From Octopus sinensis (lineage: Eukaryota), in contig NC_043003.1 in NCBI RefSeq assembly GCF_006345805.1, forward strand, positions 79,546,001 through 79,610,000: 64,000 nucleotides of DNA. The letters are read 5' to 3'. This document shows, piece after piece, positions 1-11,899 of this stretch. The notes beneath the pieces are model-generated. The model saw nothing but the letters and a program-made list of their open reading frames with translations, did not search any database and was not told where the DNA came from. The translations under genes were made by a program, and so were the position numbers. How positions within the stretch are numbered: position 1 is the stretch's first letter; each line of letters begins with the position of its first letter.

Positions 1-124
1 AAACACAAACACACACACACATACACACACGCACATACAAACACACACACATACACACCACAACACACACACACACACACACACACACCACACACACCCA
101 CACCCACACACACACACACACGAC

Positions 125-270
125 ATTTCCGTCTAACAAATCCACTCAGAAGGCTTTGGTCGGCCCGATGCTATAGTAGAATACTTGTCCAAGGTGCCAC
201 GCAGTGGGACTGAACCCGGAACCATGTGGCTGGTAAGCAAGCTACTTACCACACAGCCACTCCTACGCCT
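125..270 (-). mobile_element. SINE family B, 5' half (tRNA-like head plus CORE-like caccttgg..aagt segment), ending in a (CA)n tract
   Basis: Reverse complement reads aggcgtaggagtggctgtgtggtaagtagcttgcttaccagccacatggttccgggttcagtcccactgcgtggcaccttggacaag, matching the full copies at 9938 and 19711. Confidence 0.85.
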
Positions 271-410
271 ATAGACAGTTTTTTTTTGAAAATCCCCTCC
301 CCCAATGCAATTAAAAAAAATAATACAGGTTAAATGCCAGGTAAAACTATCAATCTGCATTATTTTTATAACTTGTATTGTTTTGGGTAAAAAAATATTT
401 GAAATATTTA

Positions 411-479
<69 letters not shown>

Positions 480-619
480 GTACACACACATACATAGGTT
501 TGTGCGTATGTGTTTGTGTTCCTGTGTGTGTGTGTGTATGATTCAAATGTATATCTATCTATCCATCTATCTATCTATCTGTCTATCTATATATATATAC
601 ACCATATATATATATATAT

Positions 620-812
620 AGTCAATTCAAACAAGAGCAAGCAAGAAGAATCAACAACGCTATGACGTGGAACAAGTACTGTGTTATTGGATGCTTAAGA
701 AAGGAAAGAAAAGAAAGAAAATATGACGTTTCGAGCGGAGCTCTTCGTCAGAATATAGAACAAGACCAAAGAAGGGATGACTGAGAAGAAAATCGCCACG
801 ATACACCGCGGG
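620..812 (-). mobile_element. PLE terminal-repeat-like remnant carrying a minimal type I hammerhead motif
   Basis: Minus strand 756->721 reads atatt-CTGACGA-A-GAGCtccGCTC-GAAA-CGTC-atat; the remnant is flanked by (TA)n tracts. Confidence 0.6.
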
Positions 813-861
813 TACATATACATATACATATCCATATCCATATACATATACATATATATAT

Positions 862-910
<49 letters not shown>

Positions 911-1680
911 CTGGAATCTGACACTGTTGATGACCGAGAACTCAGTTGAGTGCTTCTCTGGAAGTACCCTACCTTTACACCCTACCAGGATTTAAGATCT
1001 CTCTCTCTCTCTTTCTCTCTATGCCTATAATAGACGGGCGAAAAATTGCTAATGTGAAGTAGCTATGCGCACAAATGTGTTTTAAATGGTATTCGCCGAT
1101 AGAATGAAAAGCAAAGTTGACGAAGGCAATATTGCAAAAGCGTCATACTTTTGTCATATCGTTACTGTTTCTGTGCAGTCCCCCAAAATTCCTAAACATA
1201 GAACCTATTTTATGCAGTTCATTGCAATGGACACTTCTTTTACATGAAGTTAGAGTTTACTCTAGGATGAAAGTTATCTCGCACTTGGGAAAAATTAAAT
1301 CAACTAAATTAAATCTCAAACTAAACCTCAACATGGTTAATGAAAAATCATTATTGAACTGTTCTCATATGATCCATGATGATGATGCTGTTTTGGAACA
1401 CATCGCTGATTTTATTTCATTAATTGGTCGTTTCTGGTATATCTCTGTCCTCCACATTGAACTGTCAGTTAATTCTGTATAACCATATATTTTTAACCCT
1501 TTGTACATAACCATTTTGTGACGTGAATTACGGGGGATAATTTATGGGCCTGACAATTGAAGTATCGCAAATTCGATCTAGTTAGATTTTCGTTTATCTT
1601 TGGTGCCGTCAGATTCACGCATCTTCTCTCAGTCAAACAGTTTCGTTTCTGAGTCAGTCAATATCCAGAATATAACTCAC

Positions 1681-1726
1681 CTGGCGCTGTGGATTTGGCA
1701 ATTACTGTACGTGTGAAATTTCCGCC
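1681..1726 (-). other. Candidate 46-nt micro-exon of an unidentified minus-strand gene
   Basis: ttacttcAG|ggcgg...gcgccag|GTGAGT; the phase-0 frame reads GGNFTRTVIAKSTAP. Splice motifs only, no homology recognised. Confidence 0.25.
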
Positions 1727-2249
1727 CTGAAGTAATATTAAAGTTACAACCTTAACATTTACTTTGAAACAATTAATTAGGTGTTTCGTAATTTTCGTGA
1801 ATTGTAAGTTTCTAATTCTCTCCTCAAATGTAGCTGTGTCTTTTTTTTTTATTATTCCTTTTGATTTATGTCAAAGCCACCGAGTTTAAGCTTCACTTAA
1901 GCTACTAACCAACAAAAGCGCATTTACCAGAAAATCATTAGGTAAGATAGCAGCTCCTCAGGCCATTCTCATATTAAAGTAGAATGTCTAGTGATAACAA
2001 ATATAATTGGTTCCATACATTTTGTTTTGAAAGTCCACGAAATGGAAATGAAAGTTTCTTATAGAGAATGTAAAAATCCAAAACAAAGAATTTGAAATAT
2101 ACAAAAATCAAAGCTTATTACGAACAAAATTAGTTGAAATCGCAAACACAGAACGAAAATGTTGCGTGGAGGATGTCAATTAAAATTGCATGTCATTAGA
2201 AGAACGGTATACAGGATTAATTAGATTTGTGTATTGAGCACTTAATAAT

Positions 2250-2466
2250 ACCGGTTTCAAATTTTGGAGCAAGGCCAGCAATTTCTGGGGAGAGGATAAG
2301 TCGATTACATCGATTCCAGTATTCAATTGGTACTTATTTTATCGACTGCAACAGGAACACAGGCAAAGTTGACCTCGGCGGCATTTGAACTAAAAGCATA
2401 AAAACTGACGAAATGCTGCTAAGTCTTTTGCCCCGAGCGCCACCGATTCTGCCAGCTCGTCGCCTT
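2250..2466 (-). mobile_element. Diverged SINE family A with alternative tail (tail B: ...ctccccagaaattgctggccttgctccaaaatttgaaacc)
   Basis: Head aaggcgacgagctggcagaatcgg and body gttcaaatgccgccgaggtcaac are visible on the minus strand. Confidence 0.75.
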
Positions 2467-2820
2467 AATGTTCAATAATATTGAACAATCTATTGATTGT
2501 CTCAAAAAAAAAACATACAAATTCTGGGAGAAATTTCTAAATTTACTTATAGTCAATGTAAGAGAGCTACACTAGCCCTGAATTGTTGCCAAAAAATATA
2601 AATAAATAGATGAAAACAATCGACATTAGTTATTTGTAGCTCAGTAGTAAAACTAAATATACATACAATGATACATTCATACACATACACACAGATAGAC
2701 AGACAGACAGACACACACACCTATGGTACTTCGGGCAAGTGTCTTCTACCAATGCATTGTGAGTGAATTCAATAGACGGAAACTGAAAGAAGCCCGTCGT
2801 TTATGTGTGTGTGTGTGTGT

Positions 2821-3120
2821 GGAGGCGCAATAGCCTAGTGGTTAGGGCAGCTGACTCGCGGTTTCGATTCCCAGACTGGGCGCTGTGAATGTTTATTGAG
2901 CGAAAACATCTAAAGCTCCACGAGCCTTTGGCAGGGGGTGGTGACGATCCCTGCTGTACTCTTTCGCCACAACTTTCTCTCACTCTTTCTCCTGTTGGCC
3001 TCCTGCTCGCTTAGCCAGCGGTTTGGCGTCATTTGAATGCTAAAACAATGCGAAGCGCATTGTGACCAGCGATGTGTAGCAACATCTGATAGCCTGGTCG
3101 GTCACGGTGATCACAGTGAT
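2821..3120 (+). mobile_element. SINE family C with tail 1
   Basis: tRNA-like head ggaggcgcaatagcctagtggttagggcagc...gtttcgattccc; tail ...gcaacatctgatagcctggtcggtcacggtgatcac, shared with the copy at 41348-41630. Confidence 0.85.
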
Positions 3121-3137
3121 ATATATATATATATGTA

Positions 3138-3968
3138 CTAGCTGATGTGACCGGTAATTCCCGGGAGAGCGGGGCTTATCCCTTGCTTCCGTTCTCATAA
3201 TTGTGTCGCTGATCCAATAAAAACAATCCAAGATATGTAGCCCTTAAAACAGTTTTTGTGCATTCACAGAGAATACCGAACTGTCTTACATAGGATCTTG
3301 TTTTTAGGAATTACCAATAAGTTACGAATACCCAAATTGTGAAGTCAGTTATGTAATAACATGAAATTACATACCCTATGGTAAGAATTCAAATAAAGTA
3401 GCCACGTAAAGAGCTTTTATGCGTTCCCAGAGTATACAGAACATAGGAGAAAATACTAATAAGGTATGTATACTAAAATCGTGAAGCATGTTACGTAATA
3501 ACAGGCTAATCAGATATAAGATAATAACAATTCAAAGTAAATAACTCTGAAAAGGGCTTTTGTGTGTTCGCAGAGAATATTATCCTCAGGGGCGCTAGTG
3601 TTGGTATATTCGTGAATAAGTCACTAACGGAAATAAGTGGATCTATTGTTTACGAAAATACTATTTACTTGTTTAAGGGCTGTATTGGATAAATTGCGAA
3701 AATAACTTCTAACAGTTCAAATATAAAGAAATAAGCATACTCAATTTCGTTTTTACAAAATAATTTAGGAAAATGAATAGGTTATTACCCTTGATTTTTA
3801 AAATAAAAAATATATTAGATGTATTTATGGATCCCTTCCAGAGGCCCTATTATCAATTTTTTCAACAACCATGTGGCTTCCAGATATGAGTTCTAGTCAT
3901 GTGTCAAGTTTCATCAAAATCGATAAAACGATGTAGGAGACAAACACAACCACAAAAAGAAACCCCCC

Positions 3969-3975
<7 letters not shown>
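3138..3975 (-). mobile_element. Non-autonomous Helitron-like element (degenerate)
   Basis: Minus-strand 3' end has hairpin ccgg-N6-ccgg about 10 nt before CTAG|T; the other end decays into a microsatellite. Confidence 0.45.
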
Positions 3976-4000
<25 letters not shown>

Positions 4001-4046
4001 TATGTATGTATGTATGTATGTATGTATGTATGTGTGTGTGTGTGTG

Positions 4047-4206
4047 TATGAGTGTGTGGTAAGAAGCTTGCTTCCCAACCGCATGGTTCTGGGTTCAGTC
4101 CCATTACGTGGCGCCTTTGGCAAATAACTTCTGCCATAGCTTCGCGCCGGCCAAAGCTTTGTGAGTGGATTCGGTAGACAGAAACTGAAAGAAGCCCGTC
4201 GAATAT

Positions 4207-4259
<53 letters not shown>

Positions 4260-4520
4260 TTGAGTGTGTGTATTTGTGTGTGTGTGTATTTGTGTGTGTG
4301 TGTGTGTGTGTATGTGTGTGTATGCGCGTGCGTGTTTGTCTCCCATCACTGCTTGATAACCGTGTTGGTGTGTTTACGTCCGCGTAACACAACGGTTCGG
4401 CAAAAGGGACCTATAGAATAAGTCTTGGGGTCGATTTATTCGACTAAAAATGCGTTCAGGGCGGTGCCCCAGCGTGGCTGCAGTCAAATGACTGAAGTAA
4501 AAGAATAAAAGAGTAAAAGA
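4047..4520 (+). mobile_element. SINE family B, full length, with internal (TA)n(TG)n
   Basis: Head gtgtggtaagaagcttgcttcccaacc; tail gcagtcaaatgactgaagtaaaagaataaaagagtaaaag. Confidence 0.85.
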
Positions 4521-4567
4521 ACACACACGCATGCATACACATACACACACACACACGCACATACACA

Positions 4568-4629
<62 letters not shown>

Positions 4630-5079
4630 GAATATGCTACGAACATTTATGTTCTGAAACTAGTATGATGCAGTTATTCACCAACGATTTCAATAAAGCT
4701 ATTAATCATAAATGCATTTAAATTAACTCGCAGGTACTCAAAATGCCTTTTGTCAAAACTGTTGATTAAACGATAGCCGTATGTTCTCTTCAAATCATTG
4801 AAAGTGAACACGAAGAAATTAATTATTGATTTTAGAATATTTACAAAATTTTTAAAATGAAATCATTAAGAGCGAATGTTTGATATTGATTTCTGAATAT
4901 ATGTTATTTGAAGATTATATATTTGTATTTGTTGCGTAATCGATCGTTTGCTTCATGATTTCGATTACGAAAAAAAAGGTATAGCCTGGGTTCTGCTCAA
5001 TTTCGAACCAATTCGCTCAGATACCCAGTTCAGAACAACAGTCCAACTATAATGTCATAAAGGACAAAGTGAGAGAGAG

Positions 5080-5459
5080 AAGCACTCCGTCGGTAACGAC
5101 GATGAGGGTTCCGGTTGATCCGAATCAACGGAACAGCCTCCTCGTGAAATTAACGTGTAAATGGCTGAGCACTCCACAGACACGTGTACCCTTAACGTAG
5201 TTCTCGGGGATATTCAGCGTGACACAGAGAGTGACAAGGCCGGCCCTTTGAAATACAGGTACAACAGAAACAGGAAGTAAGAGTGAGAGAAAGTTGTGGT
5301 GAAAGAGTACAGCAGGGATCACCACCACCCCCTGCCGGAGCCTTGTGAAGCTTTAGGTGTTTTCGCTCAATAAACACTCACAACGCCCGGTCTGGGAATC
5401 GAAACCGCGATCCTATGACCGCAAGTCCGCTGCCCTAACCACTGGGCCATTGCGCCTCC
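5080..5459 (-). mobile_element. SINE family C with tail 2
   Basis: Family C head ggaggcgcaatggcccagtggttaggg; tail ...gaaccctcatcgtcgttaccgacggagtgcttc. Confidence 0.9.
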
Positions 5460-5531
5460 ACCAAAGGACAAAGTACAGCTACGAAAAATCAACTGTTGCC
5501 ATAATATAGATTTAACGTTTACGTGAATATA

Positions 5532-5762
5532 TATTTCTTTACTACCCACAAGGGGCTAAACATAGAGGGGACAAACAAGGACAGACATAGGTATTAAGTC
5601 GATTACATCGACCCCAGTGCGTAACTGGTACTTTATTTATCGACCCCGAAAGGATGAAAGGCAAAGTCGACCTCGGCGGAATTTGAACTCAGAACGTAGC
5701 GGCAAACGAAATACCGCTAAGCATTTCGCCCGGCGCGCTAACGTTTCTGCCAGCTCGCCGCC
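5532..5762 (-). mobile_element. SINE family A (tail A) with 14-bp TSD
   Basis: TSD tttacgtgaatata at 5518-5531 and 5763-5776. Confidence 0.9.
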
Positions 5763-6061
5763 TTTACGTGAATATAGTTTGATCAGTTAGATTGGTTGTG
5801 TGTAATCAAATAAGCGGTAGATTTGAAGATTTGCAAGTTTTCCTGCCAAATTGTTGCGCCAAATTTTCTAGATGCTGGTCTGAATGTTCTAAAAAGCTGG
5901 GAAATTGAACTTCCTAACAGAACAACCTCAGATGCTACACAGAACTCTGTCAGTTATTTATGTGATAAAGCGTTCTTACATTTTCTCTTGTTCTGTCGTT
6001 AATGGCCATAAAGCTAACAACAACATTTTTATGCAATGACTTTTAACGATCACATACATCA

Positions 6062-6305
6062 TATGTGTGTGTTTGTGTGTGTGTGTGTGTGTATTTGTGT
6101 GTATGTGCGCGTGCGTGTTTGTCCCCCCATCACTGCTTGATAACCGTGTTGGTGTGTTTACGTCCGCGTAACACAATGGTTCGGCAAAAGGGACCTATAG
6201 AATAAGTCTTGGGGGTCGATTTATTCGACTAAAAAAGCCTTCAGGGCGGTGCCCCAGTGTGGCTGCAGTCAAATGACTGAAGTAAAAGAATAAAAGAGTA
6301 AAAGA
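6062..6305 (+). mobile_element. SINE family B 3' half, a local duplicate of about 4300-4530
   Basis: Shares private variants and the downstream flank aacacacacgcatgcatacac with the copy at 4047. Confidence 0.85.
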
Positions 6306-6330
6306 ACACACACGCATGCATACACACACA

Positions 6331-6361
<31 letters not shown>

Positions 6362-6431
6362 CACCACACACACACACACAGCGTACATGATTTCATGCAT
6401 GCTGTTTATAATCCAATAATTCTTCTATATA

Positions 6432-6785
6432 AACGTGGCTGTGCGGTAAGAAGCTTGTTTTCCTACCACATGGTTTCAGGTTCAGATCCACTGCGTGGCA
6501 CCTTGGGCAAGTGTCTTCTACTATAGCCTCGGGGCGACCAAAGCCTTGTGAGTGGATTTGGTTGACGGAAACTGAAAAGTGTGTGTTTGTGTCTTTGTTT
6601 CTTCCTCGCCATCATTGCATGACAGCCGATGTTGGTGTGCTTATGTCTCCGGAATCCAGCGCTTCTGTCCGATAGAATAAATACCAGATTTACAAAGCAT
6701 AAGTTCTGGGCTCGATTTCTTCGACTCAGGAACTGATTTCTTCGACTCAAATGACTGAAATAAGTAAAAGAATAAAAGAAAAAAT
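6432..6785 (+). mobile_element. SINE family B (diverged)
   Basis: gtggctgtgcggtaagaagcttg head through aaatgactgaaataagtaaaagaataaaag tail. Confidence 0.8.
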
Positions 6786-6860
6786 ATATAAATGCAAATG
6801 TTAATAAAAAAAATACGAAGAATTTCTGTGCTCATTCTCGCCTTTACATACAGACTATCT

Positions 6861-7220
6861 GGAAGCACTCCGTCGGTTACGACGACGAAGGTTCCGGTTG
6901 ATCTGAATCAACAGAACAGCCTGCTCGTGAAATTAACGTGTAAGTGAGCACTCCACAGACACGCGTACCCTTAACGTAGTTCTCGGGGATATTCAGCGTG
7001 ACACAGAGAGTGACAAGGCCGGCCCTTTGAAATACAGGTACAACAGAAACAGGAAGTAAGAGAAAGTTGTGGTGAAAGAATACAGCAGGGATCACCACCA
7101 TCCCCTGCCGGAGCCTCATGGAGCTTTAGGTGTTTTCGCTCAATAAACACTCACAACGCCCGAAACCGCGATCCTACAACCGCGAGTCCGATGCCCTAAC
7201 CACTGCGCCATTGCGCCTCC
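6861..7220 (-). mobile_element. SINE family C with tail 2 and 15-bp TSD
   Basis: TSD acatacagactatct at 6846-6860 and 7221-7235. Confidence 0.9.
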
Positions 7221-7810
7221 ACATACAGACTATCTATTATATCTATATAAGCAACAACAAACTAATGACTGAGACCGTCTAAAACGATGACTCACTAAAG
7301 CGGTACATGTTGGTTCTTTGCGGGAATTAAAAATCTACAATCCAGCCATTCGGGTGATGGGAGCGGGGATTCTCTTCCTCTTTTGCTTGTATTTTCATAT
7401 CCGGTTCACATCGATGAATGCAACCAGTCGTCAACCAATTTATTGAGGCGATCCAAAATTCACGATGGTCAACAACTACCGATTTATCAGTTTAGCAGAC
7501 AGGCCTGCCCAATATTTTAGGAGATAACTTTTCTCTAGCTTTAGGTCATTGCTAGACGTAAAGTCTGTGAATCACTGACTGTGTAAGTAGACAGTGTACG
7601 TGGTTGATTTGGTAAGTAGTAAATTCCTCCAATATAGTGTTTACTCTGGCAAAATATCAACCGCCCAAATTATCATTTATACATACTATGAATGCCATTA
7701 ATGAAATTACCATATGTTTGCCTATTTCGACCCTGATATAAATTCTTTATAAATTTTATGGTACACGACCAAGAAATACTTTAATAACAGTACAACAAAA
7801 CAAATACACG

Positions 7811-7883
<73 letters not shown>

Positions 7884-8236
7884 AACACACACACACAGAC
7901 ACATACAAACACACACACTTCGTTTAGTTAGGCTTGCCAGTATTTTTGGCAAAGCTAATTACAATCTGACATAAATTACTAGATTATCAATACACTGTGG
8001 CTTTATATATATATTTACATATATATATGTATGTGTGTGTGCATACTTGTATATGTATATATATGAGTGCATGTATGTCTGAATGCCTGTATGTGCGCAT
8101 GTGTGTGTGCACTAAACCATATCTACTTGCAGTTAGTGTCGCTACGAAATTAGTCTTGAAAGAATCTTTTTGATAGCATGGGATCAAGATCACACCGTGT
8201 GGTTTTATCATAAACACTTCATCAATTTTCACTTAC

Positions 8237-8287
8237 CCCTCTCTCCCAAGCTACCAATGATGGCAACTGAAGGTTTCTTATTAAAAC
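8237..8287 (-). other. Candidate 51-nt micro-exon
   Basis: tgtgtttAG|gtttt...gagaggg|GTAAGT; open frames read FNKKPSVAIIGSLGER or VLIRNLQLPSLVAWERG. Splice motifs only. Confidence 0.25.
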
Positions 8288-8761
8288 CTAAACACAGTTA
8301 GCGATTGATAAAGCTAATTTACATAATGGTACAAGGTTCGTCGGTTTAATGTTACACCGACGCCTCATATACAAGGATATTACTGCATATGCATATTTAT
8401 TCACAAACCACACTTCATTATTGCTAGGGAAATAATTATTAACAGTTGTTGATTAAGCATGTGCCATTATCTAAATTAGTTGAGTTAGTCATAAATTATG
8501 TTTAAATTTACGTAGTCAGACTTCCAGTTACTATCATTGGGAGAGATAGAGAGAGGGGGGAAGAGAGAGATAGGGACAAAGATAAGTGAACACTGATGAC
8601 GAATTAAATAACAATGTAACTAATCAGTTTAATTAACATCCCAAGCTATTTAATAAGACCTGCATTGGTATAATTACACTGTGCAAATAATATATATGAT
8701 TATGAGTGTATATACATACATATATATAATATATATATTATATATATATATATAATATATA

Positions 8762-8836
<75 letters not shown>

Positions 8837-9149
8837 ATATGTATATAAATATATATATATGTGTGTGGTGTGTGTGTTATCTGACGTGCCTTGGTGTCTC
8901 AACAAAACTAAGTGCTTGGAATTCTCAAAGTCCTTAAAAGAAGATATGAAATGACATGCTTCAAACAAAATATGTAGCCCCTGGGGTCCCGCAAGATACC
9001 GTTTTCAAACCTTCCTCATTATTCCTTATGTTATCAAATAGGATTGAAATTGTTCATTATATCAGAGTATTCATGCAAATGCAGCCAATTATATTTAAAG
9101 AATACAGCTAAACCGTTAATCCCGACAATTATTTTTCTCTTTCCGTTCT

Positions 9150-9329
9150 TTCTCTCTCTCAGCTTTTTTCTCTTTCCATTTTTGCTTTCCCCTTTGTCTC
9201 TCACTCTCTCCATTTATTACTCTCATCCCTTTCTGTCGAAGAGCATAGGCTTGAAACGTAAAAGACTTTCTCATTTCCCGAGCGTTAAACTAATACATCT
9301 GTTTGTTGTTTACACACTCGTCTTCGTCT

Positions 9330-9330
<1 letters not shown>
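9150..9330 (+). mobile_element. PLE terminal-repeat-like remnant with minimal hammerhead motif at about 9228-9266
   Basis: cttt-CTGTCGA-A-GAGCatagGCTT-GAAA-CGTA-aaag followed by cccgagcgttaaactaatacat..., the same family as 31626 and 42367. Confidence 0.6.
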
Positions 9331-9377
<47 letters not shown>

Positions 9378-9618
9378 TACATACATACATACATACATAC
9401 ATACATACATACATACATACATACATACATACATACATGCATACATGCATACACACATATTAAAGATAATAGAGCAGACCGAGTGTACGAAAAAGCATTT
9501 ATTAGTACAACAATCGCTTCAGCTTCATGTTGCACTTCAACATGAAGCCGAAACACTTGTGTTAATAAACGCTTTTGTTACACTTCGTCTTCTCTATAAT
9601 CTTTAAAATACACCCTAC

Positions 9619-9766
9619 CTGCACCCTGGAATTTCTGGACGTAGATCCAATGATGAATGCAAAGTGTCGCTGATAACGCCTGATAGCCATAAGTGGTGAA
9701 CGTGCTCTGCAGACACACTACCTGGGACTTACCCTGAAGCAAGGTTTGGATACTGCATTTAACTTT
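9619..9766 (-). other. Candidate 148-nt exon
   Basis: Open frame KVKCSIQTLLQGKSQVVCLQSTFTTYGYQALSATLCIHHWIYVQKFQGA ending at cag|GTAGGG; the acceptor is weak and has no pyrimidine tract. Confidence 0.2.
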
Positions 9767-9937
9767 CTAAACCTTAATTCTTTAATTTTAAAATCAACTT
9801 CTATATATACAATATAAATCGAATTAAAAATTTTGGGTGGGTGAAAAATCGGAATTTTCACCCTCTACATACTTTAGACAGGTTAAGAGAACAATGCCTA
9901 AGAATTGATCTGTAAAAAGTCTCAAAAAGTCTCAAAA

Positions 9938-10102
9938 GGCGCAGGAGTGGCTGTGTGGTAAGTAGCTTGCTAACCAACCACATGGTTCCGGGTTCAGTCC
10001 CACTGCGTGGCATCTTGGGCAAGTGTCTTCTGCTATAGCCCCTGGCCGACCAATGCCTTGTGAGTGGATTTGGTAGACGGAAACTGAAAGAAGTCCGTCG
10101 TA

Positions 10103-10145
<43 letters not shown>

Positions 10146-10362
10146 TTGTGTGTCTGTGTTTGTCCCGCTAGCATTGCTTGACAACCGATGCTGGTGTGTT
10201 TATGTCCCCGTTACTTAGCGGTTCGGCAAAAGAGATCGATAGAATAAGTACTGGGCTTACAAAAGAATAAGTCCCGGGGTCGATTTGCTCGACTAAAGGC
10301 GGTGCTCCAGCATGGCCGCAGTCAAATGACTGAAACAAGTAAAAAGAGTAAAAAGAGTAAAA
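9938..10362 (+). mobile_element. SINE family B, full length
   Basis: ggcgcaggagtggctgtgtggtaag ... gcagtcaaatgactgaaacaagtaaaaagagta. Confidence 0.9.
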
Positions 10363-10496
10363 TAAGAACAAAGGACAAAAATATATTAAAAAAAGAAACC
10401 AAAATGTTTACTGACGAAGATGGTCATAAAATTCCCAAGGGAATTCCCTAGAAAGATATATTACTGAACTAAAGCAGCGTCAACATCAAGTCTATA

Positions 10497-11380
10497 CAGG
10501 CTGCGATGGGTAAATTGTCGCCATTTTATAGATTAATTCCACGCATGCGCATTGTTTGTTTTTAATTTTGTCGACTACACAGGATGATAGGGTCAGTCGG
10601 GCATCGTCTGTGAGAAAATAGTAGCATGGCGTAATTCACTCTGCCAGAAATTTGGAAACGACGTGCTGTACTGCTTGGTATTCGCGCCGGAAGTTCCAGT
10701 ACGAACATTTTAGCGTGTTTGGGTATCAATCTGAGGACAGTGCAATCTGAGAACATGTACTAAGAGTGATGAAAATCAAACATCCAGTCAACATCATGAT
10801 GTTTGGAGTGATCACTAGTGATGGCGACATTATGCCTCCATTCATCTACTCACACGGCCTCAGACTCAACACGGAGGCGTACATCAAGTGCATGGAGGAG
10901 GTAGAGCTGCCCTGGGCCAAGAGGGTGCTTGCTGGAAAGGTGGATCAAGAGGATGGCTCCTGACAACAAGACTTTGCACCATGCCACACAAACAGGAGAA
11001 CCCAGCCGTGGCTGTCAGACAATTTCTGCGACCACATCACCCCTAACATCTGGCCACCAAACTCCCCAGACTGCAATCTCTTTGATTATTATGTGTGGCG
11101 CGCAGTTAAGCGTGAGACCAACAAAACTCCTTGTAACACCAGAGATGAACTGAAAGCAAGGGTTATGGCAGCATTCACCAACTTAAACAAGGAGACCGTC
11201 CAGAAGAGTTGCAGGAGATACGAAAGTCGTCTGAAGGCCGTGGTTGGAGCCAACGGTGATTTTATTGAATAAATTTACTCCTTAGTAAAGATATTTTTTA
11301 TGTAATTTTGGTAAATATATCTGGGAAAATGAGATGTCAGTGTTATTTTAATTTTTGCGTAATTTAATCACCGCACCCTG
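10497..11380 (+). mobile_element. Internally deleted DD37D (maT/Bmmar-type) Tc1/mariner transposon
   Basis: TA-flanked imperfect TIRs caggctgcgatgggtaaatt / aatttaatcaccgcaccctg. The transposase remnant QQD-FAPCHT...WPPNSPDCNLF-DYYVW has 37 residues between the last two Asp; its C-terminus reads RLKAVVGANGDFIE*. Confidence 0.85.
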
Positions 11381-11899
11381 TATGACAACAGCAGGAACAA
11401 CAACATGGCCAACAGTCCCGGCCACTCCTCAATACTAGCACAATTGATGACTTATTAAACTCCACAATCAACAGTCCTTCACAGTCCAGCCATCCGCATT
11501 CCTAATTTTCCCAGAATACTACACCTGACCCATCATCATCATTGCCACCATGTTCTACTGCTACTACCCTTACCAGAACTAAACAAGATCTGTAGCCAGC
11601 CAGTCCTAAATACGATTAAACAATACAGCCCCTAGCTCCACTCAAGTTCCTCACTCTCAGAATAACACAAGCGATCCATCATCACCATTGTCATCCTCTT
11701 CTACTGCTACTACCACAACTACTGCTACTACTACTCTAATTAATGAAGAATCATACCTTTGTTCCTTCCACTGTCCACGTTCATCTGAATGCATACCTCA
11801 CAACTCCATGATAATTGTGCCGACTGTAAACAAATTTATGAACTTCACCCATTTATCTGTGATAAGACGCACAGTTCATATAAGCAACGCTAGCCAATG

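Noticed and set aside
133-995. Many ORFs rich in HT, YI, CV or VC repeats here and throughout (e.g. 31121-33427, 38702-39415, 59951-60422)
   Set aside because: Translations of (CA)n, (TA)n and (TATG)n tracts.
2821-2880. tRNA-like sequences with A/B-box motifs at the heads of SINE families A, B and C
   Set aside because: No complete cloverleaf, and each is followed by SINE body and tail; these are SINE heads, not tRNA genes.
7530-7620. Plus-strand acceptor followed by two GTAAGT motifs
   Set aside because: Candidate frames contain stops or are very short; expected by chance.
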